A model generated the notes under the pieces. That model was not told the DNA's origin, ran no database searches, and was given only the letters and a program-made list of their open reading frames with translations. From contig DASREB010000339.1 in assembly GCA_035652275.1 (NCBI GenBank), positions 1,142 to 65,141 on the forward strand: 64,000 nt of DNA. Reading direction: 5' to 3'. Made by a program: the position numbers and the translations under genes. Shown here in pieces: positions 1-13,594 of this stretch (position 1 is its first letter; the number at the start of each line of letters is the position of its first letter). The stretch is from Burkholderiales bacterium (lineage in GTDB: Bacteria; Pseudomonadota; Gammaproteobacteria; Burkholderiales; SG8-39).

Positions 1-69
1 GAAGAAGAGCGTCGCAGGCGCGAAGCCGAGGAAATCCACCGCAAGGCTGAAGCGGCCACCGCGGCAGCG

Positions 70-1452
70 ATGGCAGCCGAAGGCAAGAAACATCAGCCGA
101 AAGAAGAAGACGACATCCCGGTCAGCGACGACGACCTCGACATGGAAGAGGTGAAGCGCGAGGAGGAAGAAATCGCACAGGCTAAGGCCCGGGAAGAGGA
201 GCAGGCACGCGCCGCCGAGAAGAAAAAGAAGAAAAAGGAGGAGGCCGCCTATGCGCCACCGCCGCCGTCGCGACCCCGCCGGCCGGTCAAGTGGGGCAAG
301 CCCGTCGCGACGACGTTGGCGCTGCTCCTCATCGTCGCGGTCGGCGCGGCGCACATCGTGCCGCTCGATACGGCGGACTATGAGCGCGTTTCGAGCGAGG
401 CGCTCGGGCGCACGGTGAAGATCGGCTCGGCGAATTTGTGGCTTTTCAGCGGGCTGCCGCAGATCCGCTTCAGCAACGTGCGCGTCGGCGACGCGAAGAT
501 CACGCGCGTGATCGCGAGCGGCTGGCCGGGGGGACTCTTCGGCGCGAAGAAGGAGTTCACCAACGTGCGCATCGAGGGCGTCAGCCTGCCGCAGGAGGCG
601 ATTGGCGATGCGCTCTTCGCCAAGGTGCGGGCAGACAATCTGAACATCTCGAGCCTCAGCGTGAAGAACTTGCAGGTGCCGGGACCGGCGACACTGCCGA
701 AGGACCTTTTCGCCGAGGCGACGTTCGACGGCCGCGGCATGCTGCGAAGCGCGAAGGTCGAGGGTCCCGACGGTCTGGTGGCCAGGTTGACTCCCAAGCA
801 GGACGGCTCGATCGATTTCGACGTGCTGGCAGGCGGCTTCACCCTGCCGATCGCGCCGCAGGTGACGCTCAGCAAGTTCGCGATGCGCGGCGTCGCGACG
901 CCGCGCGGCATGACGATCAGCGAGTGGGGTGGCGCGCTTTTCCAGGGCGGCATTTCCGGCAAGGCGAACGTGCGCTGGTCAGGCAGCTGGAACGTCGACG
1001 GCATCGTCACCGTGCGCAACATCAACGCGGCGGTATTCGCCCCGGCGCTGGTGTCATCGGGCAATGCCGACGGCACGGCGAAATTCAGCATGAGCGCGCC
1101 CGATCCGGCCGGCCTCGTCACCGGTAGCCGGCTCGATGGCACTTTCACCGTCAGCCAGGGAACGCTCGGCAGCTTCGACCTCGCCCGTTACATCCAATCC
1201 GGCGGCAAGCAGGCCGCGGGCACTACGCAGTTCGCCGAGATGAATGGGCAAGCCATCTACGACCGCGGCTCGGTCGCGCTGCGCAACGTCAATATCGGCG
1301 CTGGGCGGCTGAACGCCGGCGCGAGCGCCGACATCGCCAATAACGGCGCGCTGTCCGGTCGCATCGTGGTCGATCTGAAAGTGTCGGACGATACCCGGCG
1401 CGCGACGCTGCTGATCGGCGGGACTGTGAAGGAGCCGCAACTTCGCAACTAG
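70..1452 (+). CDS. membrane-anchored hypothetical protein (Lys/Glu-rich N-terminus, one TM helix, large C-terminal domain); true 5' end may lie outside the window
   Basis: 460-aa ORF. The same frame stays open back to nt 1 (EEERRRREAEE...). TM segment VATTLALLLIVAVGAAHIV. No family motif that I can name. Confidence 0.55.
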   Translation: MAAEGKKHQPKEEDDIPVSDDDLDMEEVKREEEEIAQAKAREEEQARAAEKKKKKKEEAAYAPPPPSRPRRPVKWGKPVATTLALLLIVAVGAAHIVPLDTADYERVSSEALGRTVKIGSANLWLFSGLPQIRFSNVRVGDAKITRVIASGWPGGLFGAKKEFTNVRIEGVSLPQEAIGDALFAKVRADNLNISSLSVKNLQVPGPATLPKDLFAEATFDGRGMLRSAKVEGPDGLVARLTPKQDGSIDFDVLAGGFTLPIAPQVTLSKFAMRGVATPRGMTISEWGGALFQGGISGKANVRWSGSWNVDGIVTVRNINAAVFAPALVSSGNADGTAKFSMSAPDPAGLVTGSRLDGTFTVSQGTLGSFDLARYIQSGGKQAAGTTQFAEMNGQAIYDRGSVALRNVNIGAGRLNAGASADIANNGALSGRIVVDLKVSDDTRRATLLIGGTVKEPQLRN

Positions 1453-1562
1453 CGAGGCTTCGGCTGCGCCGCGCCCGCCACCGCGGGTCCAGATGATCCT
1501 CGAGAACTGCCGTTCCGGCTCGTGCGGGAACGACCCTTGGCCGCTTATTCAGAGACGTCTTA

Positions 1563-4500
1563 GTGCCTGAGATCCTGCAGCTCCGCGGGCCGCGCGCGCT
1601 CTCCGAGTTTCGGCTCGCCAAGCTGCTCGCGCGACTGCAGAAAGTCGATGCCGGCATCCGCGCTGTCGCCGCCGAATACCGGCACTTCATCGAGCTCGAG
1701 CGCGACCTCGCGCCGCCGGAACGCACCATCCTCGAGAGGCTGCTCGCGTACGGCGAGCCGCCGGTTCAAGCGAGCGGCCGCCTCTACCTGGTGGTTCCAC
1801 GCCTCGGCACGCTTTCGCCCTGGTCGTCGAAGGCGACCGATATCGCGCATAACTGCGGTCTGACGGCGCTGAAGCGCATTGAGCGCGGCACCGCTTACTA
1901 CGTTCAGTCCGAAAGTCCGGGCGTCGCCGCGCTGCTGCACGACCGCATGACTCAGACGGTGCTCTCATCGTTCGACCAGGCGGCGCAGCTCTTCGCCCAC
2001 GTGCCACCGCGCGCGCTGCAGAGCGTTCCGATCGCCGAGCTGCGCGAAGCGAATCGCCGCTTCGGCCTCGCGCTGAGCGACGACGAGATCGAGTACCTCG
2101 AGCGGGCCTACCGCGCGCTCGGTCGCGACCCGACCGACGCGGAGCTCACGATGTTTGCGCAGGCGAACTCCGAGCATTGCCGGCACAAGATCTTCAACGG
2201 CGACTGGATCATCGACGGTGAAAGGAAGGAGCAGTCACTCTTCGCGATGATCCGCCATACGCACGCGGTGAATCCGCAAGGCACGGTCCTCGCGTATGCC
2301 GACAACGCCGCCATTATGGAAGGCGGCAGCGCGCAGCGCTTCCACCCGCGAGCCGATGGCACTTACGCGCGGCACGCCGGGCTGACGCATACCGTGATGA
2401 AGGTCGAGACGCACAATCACCCGACCGCGATCTCGCCCTTCGCGGGCGCGGCGACCGGCGCGGGCGGCGAGATCCGCGACGAAGCTGCGACCGGCCGTGG
2501 CGCCAAGCCCAAAGCGGGGCTCGTCGGTTACGCCACCTCCCACTTGCGCATCCCGGGGCACGAGCACCCGTGGGAAGCGCATTCGATCGGCAAGCCCGAA
2601 CACATCGCGAGCGCCCTGGACATCATGCTGGAGGCGCCGATCGGCGCCGCCGCGTTCAATAACGAGTTCGGGCGCCCGAATCTCTGCGGCTACTTCCGTA
2701 CCTTCGAATACCGCAACCGCGGCTATCACAAGCCGATCATGCTCGCCGGCGGCATCGGCAACATCGATGCCGCGCACGCCACGAAAGCGCCGCTGCCCGC
2801 CGGCAGCTTGCTCATCCAGCTCGGCGGTCCGGGCTTGCGGATTGGCATGGGCGGCGGCGCCGCCTCGTCCATGGGTGCCGGCGCCAACGTCGCGGAGCTC
2901 GATTTCGATTCCGTGCAGCGCGACAACGCCGAGATCGAGCGCCGCGCCCAGGAAGTCATCGACCGCTGCTGGCAGCTTGGCGGCGAGAATCCGATTCTCT
3001 CGATCCACGACGTCGGCGCCGGCGGCCTGTCGAACGCGCTGCCCGAGCTCGTCTGGTCGGCGCAGCGCGGCGCGAAGCTGGAGCTGCGTGCCATCCCGTC
3101 GGAGGACACCGGCATGTCGCCGCGCGAGATCTGGTGCAACGAGGCGCAGGAGCGCTACGTGCTCGCGATTGCGCCCGCCGACTTGGAACGCTTCCGCGCC
3201 ATCTGCGCCCGCGAGCGCTGTCCATTCGCGGTTCTCGGCAGCGCCACCGATGACGGTCGGCTGCTGGTGACTGACAGCAAGTTCGATACTCGCCCGGTGG
3301 ATATCGAGCTCGGCGTCATCCTGGGCAAGCCGCCGAAGATGCTGCGCGACGTGCGCCACGTGCCGCGCACACCGGAACGGCTCGTGCTCGACAAGATCAC
3401 GCCCGACAGCGCCGCGCATCGCATCATGCGGCACCCGGCGGTCGCAGCGAAGCACTTCCTAGTGTCGATCGGCGATCGCACGGTCGGGGGCCTTTGCGCG
3501 CGCGACCCGTTCGTCGGACCGTGGCAGGTCCCGGTGGCGGACTGCGCCGTGACGCTGCTCGACTATGAGGGCTACGCCGGCGAAGCGATGGCAATCGGCG
3601 AGCGCACACCGCTCGCGCTGATCGACGCCGCGGCCTCAGGTCGCATGGCGGTCGGCGAGGCCATTACCAACATCGCCGCGGCGCACGTCGCCTCTGTCGG
3701 GAACATAAAGCTTTCCGCCAATTGGATGGCCGCCGCCGGCCATCCGGGCGAGGACGCGGCCCTCTACGACACGGTGCGCGCGGTGGCGATGGAGCTCTGC
3801 CCGGCGCTCGGCGTGTCGATTCCGGTCGGCAAGGATTCACTGTCGATGCAGACGCGCTGGGCGGACAAGGAGGTGGTGGCGCCGCTCTCGCTGATCGTCT
3901 CGGCGTTCGCGCCGGTGGCAGATGCGCGCGACACCCTCACGCCGGAGCTGCGCACCGATGCGGAGGAAACCGAGCTGCTGCTCATCGATCTCGGATGCGG
4001 CAAGAACCGCCTCGGCGGCTCGATCCTCGCCCAGGTCATGGGCGCCGGCTACGGCAGCGAATGTCCGGACTTGGACGATCCCGCCCTGCTAAAGGCCTTC
4101 TTCGCCTGCATCCAGGCGCTGCGGCCGCTGATCCTCGCTTACCACGACCGCTCCGACGGCGGACTCTTCGCGACGGTGTGCGAGATGGCCTTCGCCGGGC
4201 ACTGCGGCGTCACCATCAACCTCGATCCGCTGGCGTTCGACGCGGCGACGGACGACGTCGATGCGTTCAAGCGCAACACGACGGAGCAGCTCGCCGGCCG
4301 CGCGCGCGAGCTCGGGCTGGCGGCGCTCTACAACGAGGAGCTCGGCGCCGTCATCCAGATCCGCACGCGCGACCGCGGCAAGGTGATGCAGGTGTTGCGC
4401 GAGGCCGGTCTCGCCGCCTGCACGCATGTCATCGGCCAGCTCAACACGCGCGACGAGATCCGCTTCACGCGCAACAACCAGCCGGTCTATGCCAACAAGC

Positions 4501-5423
4501 GCGACCACATCCAGCGCATCTGGGCCGAGCTCACCTATCGAATGCAGGCGTTGCGCGACCATCCGGAATCGGCGCGCGAGGAGTACGACCGCATTATCGA
4601 CCCGAGCGACAGCGGCCTGTCGATGGATCTCACGTTCGAGGTGAAACCGCCCGCCATCAACGCGGGCGCGCGGCCAAGGGTCGCGATCCTGCGCGAGCAG
4701 GGCGTGAACGGCCATGTCGAAATGGCGGCGGCGTTCGAGCGCGCGGGTTTCGATGCGCTCGACGTTCACATGACCGATCTCCTCGCCGGCAGGAAGACGC
4801 TCGCCGGCTTCAGGGGCATCGTCGCGGGCGGCGGCTTCGCCTACGGCGACGTGCTCGGCGCGGGCCGCGGCTGGGCGAGCACGATCCTCTACAACGCGCG
4901 GGTGCGCGCCGAGTTCATGAACTTCTTCGCGCGCAGCGATACCTTCGCCCTGGGCGCCTGCAACGGCTGCCAGATGTTCGCCGCGCTGAAGGAGCTCGTG
5001 CCCGGCGCCGCGCACTGGCCGGCGTTCCTGCGCAACAAGTCCGAGCAGTTCGAAGGCCGGCTCGTCATGGTGGCGATCGAGGAGAGCCCGTCGCTCTTCT
5101 TCCGCGGCATGGCCGGGAGCCGCATTCCGATCGTCACCGCGCACGGCGAAGGGCGCGCCGAGTTCGCGGGCGCCGAGCCCCAATGGGTATGCATGCGCTA
5201 CATCGACCATGCCGGCCAGCCCACCGAGGCCTATCCCTACAACGCGAGCGGCTCGCCGCAGGGCATCACCGGTCTCACCACCGCAGACGGGCGCTTCACC
5301 ATCCTCATGCCGCACCCCGAGCGCTGCTTCAGGAGCGTGCAATACTCCTGGCGCCCGCCGGGTCTCGGCGAAGACTCGGCCTGGATGCAGATGTTCTACA
5401 ACGCCCGCCGCTGGGTCGGCTAA
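1563..5423 (+). CDS. purL: phosphoribosylformylglycinamidine (FGAM) synthase, single-chain large form
   Basis: 1286-aa ORF with GTG start. N-terminus [18 protein letters not shown] is typical of large PurL. C-terminal glutaminase domain has the [11 protein letters not shown] nucleophile motif. Confidence 0.95.
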   Translation: MPEILQLRGPRALSEFRLAKLLARLQKVDAGIRAVAAEYRHFIELERDLAPPERTILERLLAYGEPPVQASGRLYLVVPRLGTLSPWSSKATDIAHNCGLTALKRIERGTAYYVQSESPGVAALLHDRMTQTVLSSFDQAAQLFAHVPPRALQSVPIAELREANRRFGLALSDDEIEYLERAYRALGRDPTDAELTMFAQANSEHCRHKIFNGDWIIDGERKEQSLFAMIRHTHAVNPQGTVLAYADNAAIMEGGSAQRFHPRADGTYARHAGLTHTVMKVETHNHPTAISPFAGAATGAGGEIRDEAATGRGAKPKAGLVGYATSHLRIPGHEHPWEAHSIGKPEHIASALDIMLEAPIGAAAFNNEFGRPNLCGYFRTFEYRNRGYHKPIMLAGGIGNIDAAHATKAPLPAGSLLIQLGGPGLRIGMGGGAASSMGAGANVAELDFDSVQRDNAEIERRAQEVIDRCWQLGGENPILSIHDVGAGGLSNALPELVWSAQRGAKLELRAIPSEDTGMSPREIWCNEAQERYVLAIAPADLERFRAICARERCPFAVLGSATDDGRLLVTDSKFDTRPVDIELGVILGKPPKMLRDVRHVPRTPERLVLDKITPDSAAHRIMRHPAVAAKHFLVSIGDRTVGGLCARDPFVGPWQVPVADCAVTLLDYEGYAGEAMAIGERTPLALIDAAASGRMAVGEAITNIAAAHVASVGNIKLSANWMAAAGHPGEDAALYDTVRAVAMELCPALGVSIPVGKDSLSMQTRWADKEVVAPLSLIVSAFAPVADARDTLTPELRTDAEETELLLIDLGCGKNRLGGSILAQVMGAGYGSECPDLDDPALLKAFFACIQALRPLILAYHDRSDGGLFATVCEMAFAGHCGVTINLDPLAFDAATDDVDAFKRNTTEQLAGRARELGLAALYNEELGAVIQIRTRDRGKVMQVLREAGLAACTHVIGQLNTRDEIRFTRNNQPVYANKRDHIQRIWAELTYRMQALRDHPESAREEYDRIIDPSDSGLSMDLTFEVKPPAINAGARPRVAILREQGVNGHVEMAAAFERAGFDALDVHMTDLLAGRKTLAGFRGIVAGGGFAYGDVLGAGRGWASTILYNARVRAEFMNFFARSDTFALGACNGCQMFAALKELVPGAAHWPAFLRNKSEQFEGRLVMVAIEESPSLFFRGMAGSRIPIVTAHGEGRAEFAGAEPQWVCMRYIDHAGQPTEAYPYNASGSPQGITGLTTADGRFTILMPHPERCFRSVQYSWRPPGLGEDSAWMQMFYNARRWVG

Positions 5424-5476
5424 TTCGGGCTCCGGGCACAATTTGCGCAGGCCTAACCCGCCGCAGGGAGTGAGAC

Positions 5477-6280
5477 ATGAAAACCTGGCCAGCCGGCAGA
5501 CGGTGCGCCGCTAATGCGATCTACTTCGTCGCTGCAGCATTGCTGATGTCGCCGGTCATGGCGTCAGCACAGCTGAAAGTGATCATCTCGGGCGGCTTCA
5601 GCGGTCCGTACGAGCAGCTCCTGCCAGAGTTCCAGCGCACGAGCGGCATCAAGATCACGACTGGCTCGGGCGCCTCGCAGGGCAGCGGACCGCAAACCAT
5701 CGCCGCGCAGCTCGCGAGTGGTGCGCCTTTCGACGTCGTGATCATGTCGAGGGAGGGCCTGGGCGATCTGATCGCCGCGAACCGCATCGCGCCCGGAACG
5801 GATGTCGACCTGGCGCGCACGCCCCTCGGCATCGCGGTGCGTAAAGGGGCCGCGAAACCGGACGTCAGCACCATCGAGGCGTTCAAAGAAGCCATGCTGA
5901 AGGCGAACACGATCGCCGTGCCCGGCAGCACGAGTGGCATCTTCCTGATGAAGGACGTCTTTCCGCGCCTTGGCATCGCGGACCAGGTCAAAGTCAAAGC
6001 GACGCCGCGCGGTTCCGGTGCAACGGCGATGGTCGCCTCGGGCGAAGCGGATATTGCGGTGATGCCGGTGAGCGAGATCGTGCACGCGCAGGGCGTCGAC
6101 TACGCCGGCAAGATTCCCGAGGAAATCCAGCTAAACCAGATATTCGCCGCTGCGGTGGTCGCTGGATCGAAGGAATACGAGGCGGCCAAACGGCTGATCG
6201 CGTTCCTCGCGTCCGAGCAGGCGGCGGCTACCATCCATCGCGGCGGGATGGAGCCGCTCGGCAACCGCGCGCGGCGCTAG
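5477..6280 (+). CDS. periplasmic substrate-binding protein, ModA-like (PBP2) family, with no adjacent permease or ATPase
   Basis: 267 aa. Signal peptide ...LLMSPVMASAQ, RBS GGGAG upstream. Sequence pattern is typical of molybdate-type binding proteins (VIISGGFSG...AVPGSTSG...ADIAVMPVSE). Confidence 0.7.
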   Translation: MKTWPAGRRCAANAIYFVAAALLMSPVMASAQLKVIISGGFSGPYEQLLPEFQRTSGIKITTGSGASQGSGPQTIAAQLASGAPFDVVIMSREGLGDLIAANRIAPGTDVDLARTPLGIAVRKGAAKPDVSTIEAFKEAMLKANTIAVPGSTSGIFLMKDVFPRLGIADQVKVKATPRGSGATAMVASGEADIAVMPVSEIVHAQGVDYAGKIPEEIQLNQIFAAAVVAGSKEYEAAKRLIAFLASEQAAATIHRGGMEPLGNRARR

Positions 6281-7332
6281 CGGCGCCAGAACGGCGGGTT
6301 GGTGGCGAAAAGCTTCTTGGGGATTGCCGCGTAGACCATCTGCACGTCGTCCACCGCCTCGGCGACGGTGAAGTTCACGCCGATGCTCGCGAGCGAATAG
6401 GCATCGGCCGCTGAAAGCCCGCGCTCGCGCTCGAGCCAGCGCACGGTCTCCTGCACCGCTTCCTTGAGCGCGGCGTCGAGATCGCGGTCCATCCCCATGA
6501 GGTAGTAATAGTTCGCGTCTTCGGCGCGCGGCCATTTCATGGCGCGGCCGGCGCCTTTGTGCACGACGAACTGCAGCACCGGCGTGAGCGATGCCTCGAT
6601 CGCGGTGCCGTTCACTTCGCCGTCGCCCTGCACGGCATGCGAATCGCCGGTGTAGAAGAGCGCGCCGGGATGGTAGACCGGCAAGTAGAGCGAGGCGCCG
6701 GTGGTCAAGCGATTGAAATCCATGTTGCCGCCGTAAATGCCCGGCGGACGCGTGTTCAGCAGGGGCTGCGGTGGTTGTACGGCGATGATGCCCATGAACG
6801 GCTGCAGCGGAATTTCGATGCCCGGCGCAAAGAGCGCGACGCGCCGCTCGGTGTCGAGGCGGATGATCTTCGGATACGGCGCGCCATGCAGCTCCGGCAG
6901 CACGCCCGCGCCTTTGCCGCTGTTGTTCACGCCGTAGGGCGTGCGAAAACGGAACTCGAGCATGCGCACCTCGAGCATGTCACCGGGCTCTGCGCCTTCG
7001 ACGTAAATCGGCCCGGTCAGCACATGGACGCCGGCGCCTTTCCTGCCGCGCGCGTAGATATCGCGCGCGTCGGCCAGCACGTCCTGCGGCGCGATGCCGG
7101 CCGCGCCGTAGAACTTCACCGGGTCCATGTTGTTGATGATGCCCTGATGCGAGACGGTATCGATGCTCACCGTCTGGCCGGGCTGCACGCGCGCGACGGG
7201 CGCACGGCCTTCCGGCAGCTCGCCCCACGCCACGGTTTCGGGCGTCGAGCGCACGTGGGTTTCGGCGGCCTGCATCGACGTGCACCCGGCGGCGCCGGCG
7301 GCGAGCGCGAGCAAAGCGAGCTGGGTTCTCAT
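6277..7332 (-). CDS. acetamidase/formamidase family amidohydrolase with lipoprotein-type signal peptide
   Basis: Start placed at ATG 7332 (MRTQLALLALAAGAAGC...), overlapping the upstream gene's stop as ATGA. Family-typical segments GPIYVEGAEPGDMLEV and YTGDSHAVQGDGEVNGTAIE. The upstream 131 codons of the 482-aa track ORF are rejected. Confidence 0.85.
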   Translation of the reverse strand: MRTQLALLALAAGAAGCTSMQAAETHVRSTPETVAWGELPEGRAPVARVQPGQTVSIDTVSHQGIINNMDPVKFYGAAGIAPQDVLADARDIYARGRKGAGVHVLTGPIYVEGAEPGDMLEVRMLEFRFRTPYGVNNSGKGAGVLPELHGAPYPKIIRLDTERRVALFAPGIEIPLQPFMGIIAVQPPQPLLNTRPPGIYGGNMDFNRLTTGASLYLPVYHPGALFYTGDSHAVQGDGEVNGTAIEASLTPVLQFVVHKGAGRAMKWPRAEDANYYYLMGMDRDLDAALKEAVQETVRWLERERGLSAADAYSLASIGVNFTVAEAVDDVQMVYAAIPKKLFATNPPFWRR

Positions 7333-8198
7333 TTGGTGACGGTCTCCCATATTTTTCCGGGCGTCGTCAGCCATACGTTCTTGGCATTGGCGACGTGCTG
7401 CAGCGCGCGGCGTAAGTGCCGCAGGCGGTAAGGCTGGCCGACGATGTAGGGATGGAGCGCGATGCCCATGACGAGCGGCTGGCCCTTCGCCTGCGCGAGC
7501 ATCTCGTCGAAGTTGTCGACGATCATGTCGGCGAAGTCGCGCGCGTCCATCTGCCGGGCGATGATCATCGGGATATCGTTCAGCTCCTGCGGGTAGGGGA
7601 TCGACCAGAGCTCGCCGCCCTTGGTCTTGAATCTTGTCGGCTGGTCGTCGTGCGCCCAGTTGAGCGTGTACTTGTAGCCGGTCTCGGCGAGCAGATCGGG
7701 CGTCGTCGCGCTCTCGGAGATCCACGGCGAGAGCCAGCCGAGTGGCGCGGTGCCCGATTCCTGCTTGATGCGTTCGCGGCAGGCGGCGAGCAGCGCGCGC
7801 TCCTCTTCCGGCTTCATCTCGCCCTGGCGCTCGGAGTTGGTGTGGCCGTGGGCGATCAGCTCGTCGCCGCGCTTCACGAATGCCTCGATAATCTCCGGCG
7901 AGTGGTCATAGAGCGCGGTATTGATGATCGCCGCCACTGGCAGCTTGAGCGCGTCGAACAGCTCGAGACAGCGCCACACGCCCACGCGGTTGCCGTAGTC
8001 GCGCCAGGAATAGTTGAGCACATCGGGCTCGGGGCACTTCGGGCCGAGACAGGCGCCGTGGCCGGCGCCGAATTCGAAGTGCTCGACGTTGAAGCCGATG
8101 TAAACGGCGAGCCGCCGGCCATCGGGCCAGTCGTAGTCCTTGCGCCGGGTGATGGCGGAGTAGGGGTAGCGGCCGTGTGACTTGAGTTGGCGTTGCAC
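7329..8198 (-). CDS. polysaccharide deacetylase family protein, PuuE (allantoinase)-like
   Basis: HGRYPYSAITRRKDYDWPDGRRLAVYIGFNVEHFEFG...NYSWRDYGNRVGVWR...HGHTNSERQ matches the PuuE-type deacetylase pattern. GTG 8198 is chosen because the next gene upstream ends at 8203. Start uncertain. Confidence 0.8.
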   Translation of the reverse strand: MQRQLKSHGRYPYSAITRRKDYDWPDGRRLAVYIGFNVEHFEFGAGHGACLGPKCPEPDVLNYSWRDYGNRVGVWRCLELFDALKLPVAAIINTALYDHSPEIIEAFVKRGDELIAHGHTNSERQGEMKPEEERALLAACRERIKQESGTAPLGWLSPWISESATTPDLLAETGYKYTLNWAHDDQPTRFKTKGGELWSIPYPQELNDIPMIIARQMDARDFADMIVDNFDEMLAQAKGQPLVMGIALHPYIVGQPYRLRHLRRALQHVANAKNVWLTTPGKIWETVTK

Positions 8199-8202
8199 CG
8201 CT

Positions 8203-8601
8203 TCAGGGCTTGGCGAGGCCGGCGCGCACCAGCAGCCATTCGGCGCTGTCATTCCAGACTTCCATGCGCACGATCTTGCCGCGGCGCACGACGTAGCGAT
8301 CGACGTAGCGGTTGCCCTCGAACGGCGCGCCGTCGGGCCATTCGCCGTAGAGCGTGCCGGTCTGGTAGACGACCGTCTCGTCCTCGGTGCCGCCTTCGGC
8401 GACATGCGTCGGGCCGAATCTTTTCTTCACCCACTTATAGCGCCTGGCATTGAAGGCGGCGCATTCGGCGGGGTCGCGCATCGGGCGGTTGCCGGTGAAG
8501 CGGATCTCGAATTCGGCGCCAAGGTAGGCCCGCGCGGCGTCGGGGTCCGGGATCATCAGCACACGCAGATATTCCTCGACGATGCCAGCGGCCGGATGCA
8601 T
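8203..8601 (-). CDS. SnoaL-like / NTF2-fold small protein
   Basis: 132-aa ORF, first gene of the minus-strand trio. C-terminal GKIVRMEVWNDS is typical of the SnoaL/NTF2 fold. Assigned by general resemblance only. Confidence 0.6.
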   Translation of the reverse strand: MHPAAGIVEEYLRVLMIPDPDAARAYLGAEFEIRFTGNRPMRDPAECAAFNARRYKWVKKRFGPTHVAEGGTEDETVVYQTGTLYGEWPDGAPFEGNRYVDRYVVRRGKIVRMEVWNDSAEWLLVRAGLAKP

Positions 8602-8664
8602 GGCGCGCAGCCTAACACGGCATGCGACCTGCTAAGCTCTCGCCGTCCACCACGGGGAGGCTGC

Positions 8665-9822
8665 ATGAAACGCCTGTTACTCACCCTTGCGCTGGCGGCC
8701 GCGCTGCCCGCGTTCGCTCAAGAGCCCATCAAGATCGGCCTCGTCACCGCGCTCTCGGGTCAGTCGGCGCGCGCCGGCGAAGCGCTGACGCGCGGCCTGC
8801 AGGTCGCGATCGACGAGATCAATGCGAAAGGCGGCGTGCTCAAGGGCAGGAAGCTCGAGCTCGTGCGGCGCGACGACGAATCGGTCCCGGCGAAAGGCGT
8901 GATCGCTGCGCGCGAGCTCTGGTTCAAGGAGAAGGTGGCGGTGCTCTTCGGCGGGCTCGACTCGCCGGTTGCGCTCGCGATCGTGCCGCTCGCGAACGAA
9001 AACAAGCTGCCATTCATGGATCCCTGGGCCGCCGGCACGCCGATCACCAAGAACGGCGCGAAGGACAACTACGTGTTCCGCGTCTCGGCGGTCGACGAGA
9101 TCGTCGACAAGGCGATGCTGCAGTACGCACAGAAGACCTTCAACGCCAAGAACTGCGGCATGATCCTCGTCAACAATCCGTGGGGCGAGTCGAACGAGAA
9201 GGGGCTGCGCGCCGCGCTTTCGGAGAAAGGCGTCAAGCACGCCGGCATCGAGAAATTCGAAGGCAACGACATCGACGTGGTACCGCAGCTCTCGCGCCTC
9301 AAGGCCGCGGGGGCGGATTGCCTGTTCCTCGTCGGCAACGTCGGGCCGTCGTCGCAGGTGGTGAAATCGCTCGATCGCATGGGGTGGATGCCGCCGATCG
9401 TCTCGCACTGGGGTCCGGCGGGCGGACGCTTTACCGAGCTTGCCGGTCCGAGCGCGAAGCACGTGCACTTCGTGCAGACCTACAGCTTCTTTGGAAAGCA
9501 GTCCGCGGTGGGCGACAAGGTGCTCAAGGCGCTGATGGCGAAATATCCGGACGTCAAGGGCCCGGGCGACATCACGCCTGCGGTCGGCGTGGCGAACGCC
9601 TATGACGCCATGATGCTTACGGCGCTCGCGATCCAGAACGCCGGATCGACCGATGGACCGAAGGTGCGGGACGGCTACTACAAGATCGACCGCTACGACG
9701 GTCTCATCAAGACCTACAGCAAGCCCTTCAGCCCGCAGCAGCACGATGCGCTGAACGAGCACGACTACGTGTGGGCGCAGTTCATCGATAATCAGATCGT
9801 GCCGGTCGGCATGAAGCAATAG
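8665..9822 (+). CDS. ABC transporter substrate-binding protein, LivK/amide-urea type (PBP1)
   Basis: Start at ATG 8665 after GGGGAGG. Signal peptide MKRLLLTLALAAALPAFAQ, then EPIKIGLVTALSGQSARAGE, typical of Leu/Ile/Val-type binding proteins. Confidence 0.9.
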   Translation: MKRLLLTLALAAALPAFAQEPIKIGLVTALSGQSARAGEALTRGLQVAIDEINAKGGVLKGRKLELVRRDDESVPAKGVIAARELWFKEKVAVLFGGLDSPVALAIVPLANENKLPFMDPWAAGTPITKNGAKDNYVFRVSAVDEIVDKAMLQYAQKTFNAKNCGMILVNNPWGESNEKGLRAALSEKGVKHAGIEKFEGNDIDVVPQLSRLKAAGADCLFLVGNVGPSSQVVKSLDRMGWMPPIVSHWGPAGGRFTELAGPSAKHVHFVQTYSFFGKQSAVGDKVLKALMAKYPDVKGPGDITPAVGVANAYDAMMLTALAIQNAGSTDGPKVRDGYYKIDRYDGLIKTYSKPFSPQQHDALNEHDYVWAQFIDNQIVPVGMKQ

Positions 9823-9843
9823 CCCGCGGGAGAAGGAACAGAG

Positions 9844-9873
9844 AAACGGCCGCCGCGCGCGGCCGTTTTTATT
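9844..9873 (+). terminator. intrinsic terminator/attenuator hairpin between the binding-protein and permease genes
   Basis: AAACGGCCG-ccgcgcg-CGGCCGTTT stem-loop followed by TTTTTATT. It ends 2 nt before the permease ATG. Confidence 0.65.
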
Positions 9874-9874
9874 C

Positions 9875-10740
9875 ATGGTGGGTTCGGCGCTCATTTCGGG
9901 TCTTGGGCTCGGCAGCATGTACGGGCTGCTGGCGCTCGGCTTTTACGTCACCTATGCCGTGTCGAGCACGGTGAACTTCGCGCAAGGCAGCTCGATGATG
10001 CTCGGCGCGGTGTTCGCTTACACCTTCAGCGTGCGGTTCGGCTGGCCATTCGCGGCGGCCGCGCTGATGGCGCTCGTGCTCTGCGCGCTCTATGGGCTGC
10101 TGGTGGAGCTGGTGGCCGTGCGGCCTTTTGCGAGCCGCGGCTCGAGCGCCTGGCTGATGGCGACGGTAGCGCTCGGCATCGTCGCGGACAACACCGTGCT
10201 TTTCACGTTCGGCAAGGAGCCGCGCGGTCTTGCCCTGCCTGCGGCGGCGGCCTCGACCACCGTGCTTGGCGTGCACGTGTCCGCGCTGCAGGTGGCGATT
10301 CCCGCCGTCGGCCTCGCCTTGGCGGCGCTGCTGCACTGGTTTTCCCGCAATACGAGGCACGGCAAGGCAACGCTGGCGGTGGTGCAGAACGCGGACGCCG
10401 CACGGCTCATGGGAATCAATGTGCCGCTCGCCATCATGGCGGCGTATGCGCTGTCGACGCTTTTCGCCGGCGCTGCCGGGATCATGATCGCGCCGCTCGC
10501 CACGGTGCATTCCGACATGGGGACGGTGTTCGGACTGAAGGCGTTCGCCGTCGCCATTCTCGGCGGCATTACGAGCGCCTGGGGCGTGATGCTCGCCGGT
10601 CTCATGTTCGGCGTGGTCGAATCACTCATCACCGCGCTGCTTGGCTCCGCGTACACGCAGATCCTCAGCTTCACGCTGGTCATCGTCGCGCTCGCGCTCA
10701 TGCCGCACGGACTTTTCGGCCGCGCCGAACTCAAGAAAGT

Positions 10741-10744
<4 letters not shown>
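9875..10744 (+). CDS. branched-chain amino acid-type ABC transporter permease (LivH-like)
   Basis: 289 aa, multi-TM. N-terminal GLGLGSMYGLLALGF and overall LivH-like pattern. Stop overlaps the next start (ATGA at 10741). Confidence 0.9.
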
Positions 10745-13143
<2,399 letters not shown>

Positions 13144-13168
13144 GCAGACGAAGTGATAAAACCGAGCC

Positions 13169-13543
13169 ATGACAAACGTAACCCGAGGAGACGCGATGAC
13201 GATCGTGCGGCACGACCCGAGCAGCATCCTTTCCAACGCCGTGGAGCACGGCGATACCGTCTATCTCGCCGGTATCGTGGCGAAGGACCTGGCGAAGGAC
13301 GTGAAAGGACAGACCAAGGAGGTGCTCGACGAAATCGACCGGCTGCTCGCCAAATGCGGTTCGCACAGGTCCAAGGTGCTGCAGGCGCAAATCTGGGTGA
13401 GTGACATCCGTAACCGGCCGGCGATGAATGAGGTCTGGACCGGCTGGGCGGACAGCAGGAACCTGCCGGCGCGAGCCTGCGTCGAGGCGAAGCTCGCCGA
13501 CCCGCGCGCACTCGTCGAGATCATGGTGATCGCCGCCAAATAG
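13169..13543 (+). CDS. RidA/YjgF/L-PSP family protein
   Basis: 124 aa. VYLAGIVA...QIWVSDI...ARACVEAKLADP..VEIMVIA follows the RidA family pattern. Start could be the second ATG at 13196. Confidence 0.8.
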   Translation: MTNVTRGDAMTIVRHDPSSILSNAVEHGDTVYLAGIVAKDLAKDVKGQTKEVLDEIDRLLAKCGSHRSKVLQAQIWVSDIRNRPAMNEVWTGWADSRNLPARACVEAKLADPRALVEIMVIAAK

Positions 13544-13594
13544 TTGGCATTCGGCCGCACTTTTGAACCCCCTCGCACTGCGCGCTCACCTAAG

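Noticed and set aside
3722-5473. 583-aa alternative-frame ORF and a 450-aa antisense ORF (4089-5441) inside purL
   Set aside because: Both lie wholly within the conserved PurL frame. Their Arg/Gly/Pro-rich composition is typical of off-frame translation of GC-rich coding DNA.
7333-7725. N-terminal 131 codons of the 482-aa formamidase track ORF
   Set aside because: They overlap the PuuE-like gene in another frame. The Met at 7332 gives a signal peptide and an ATGA junction.
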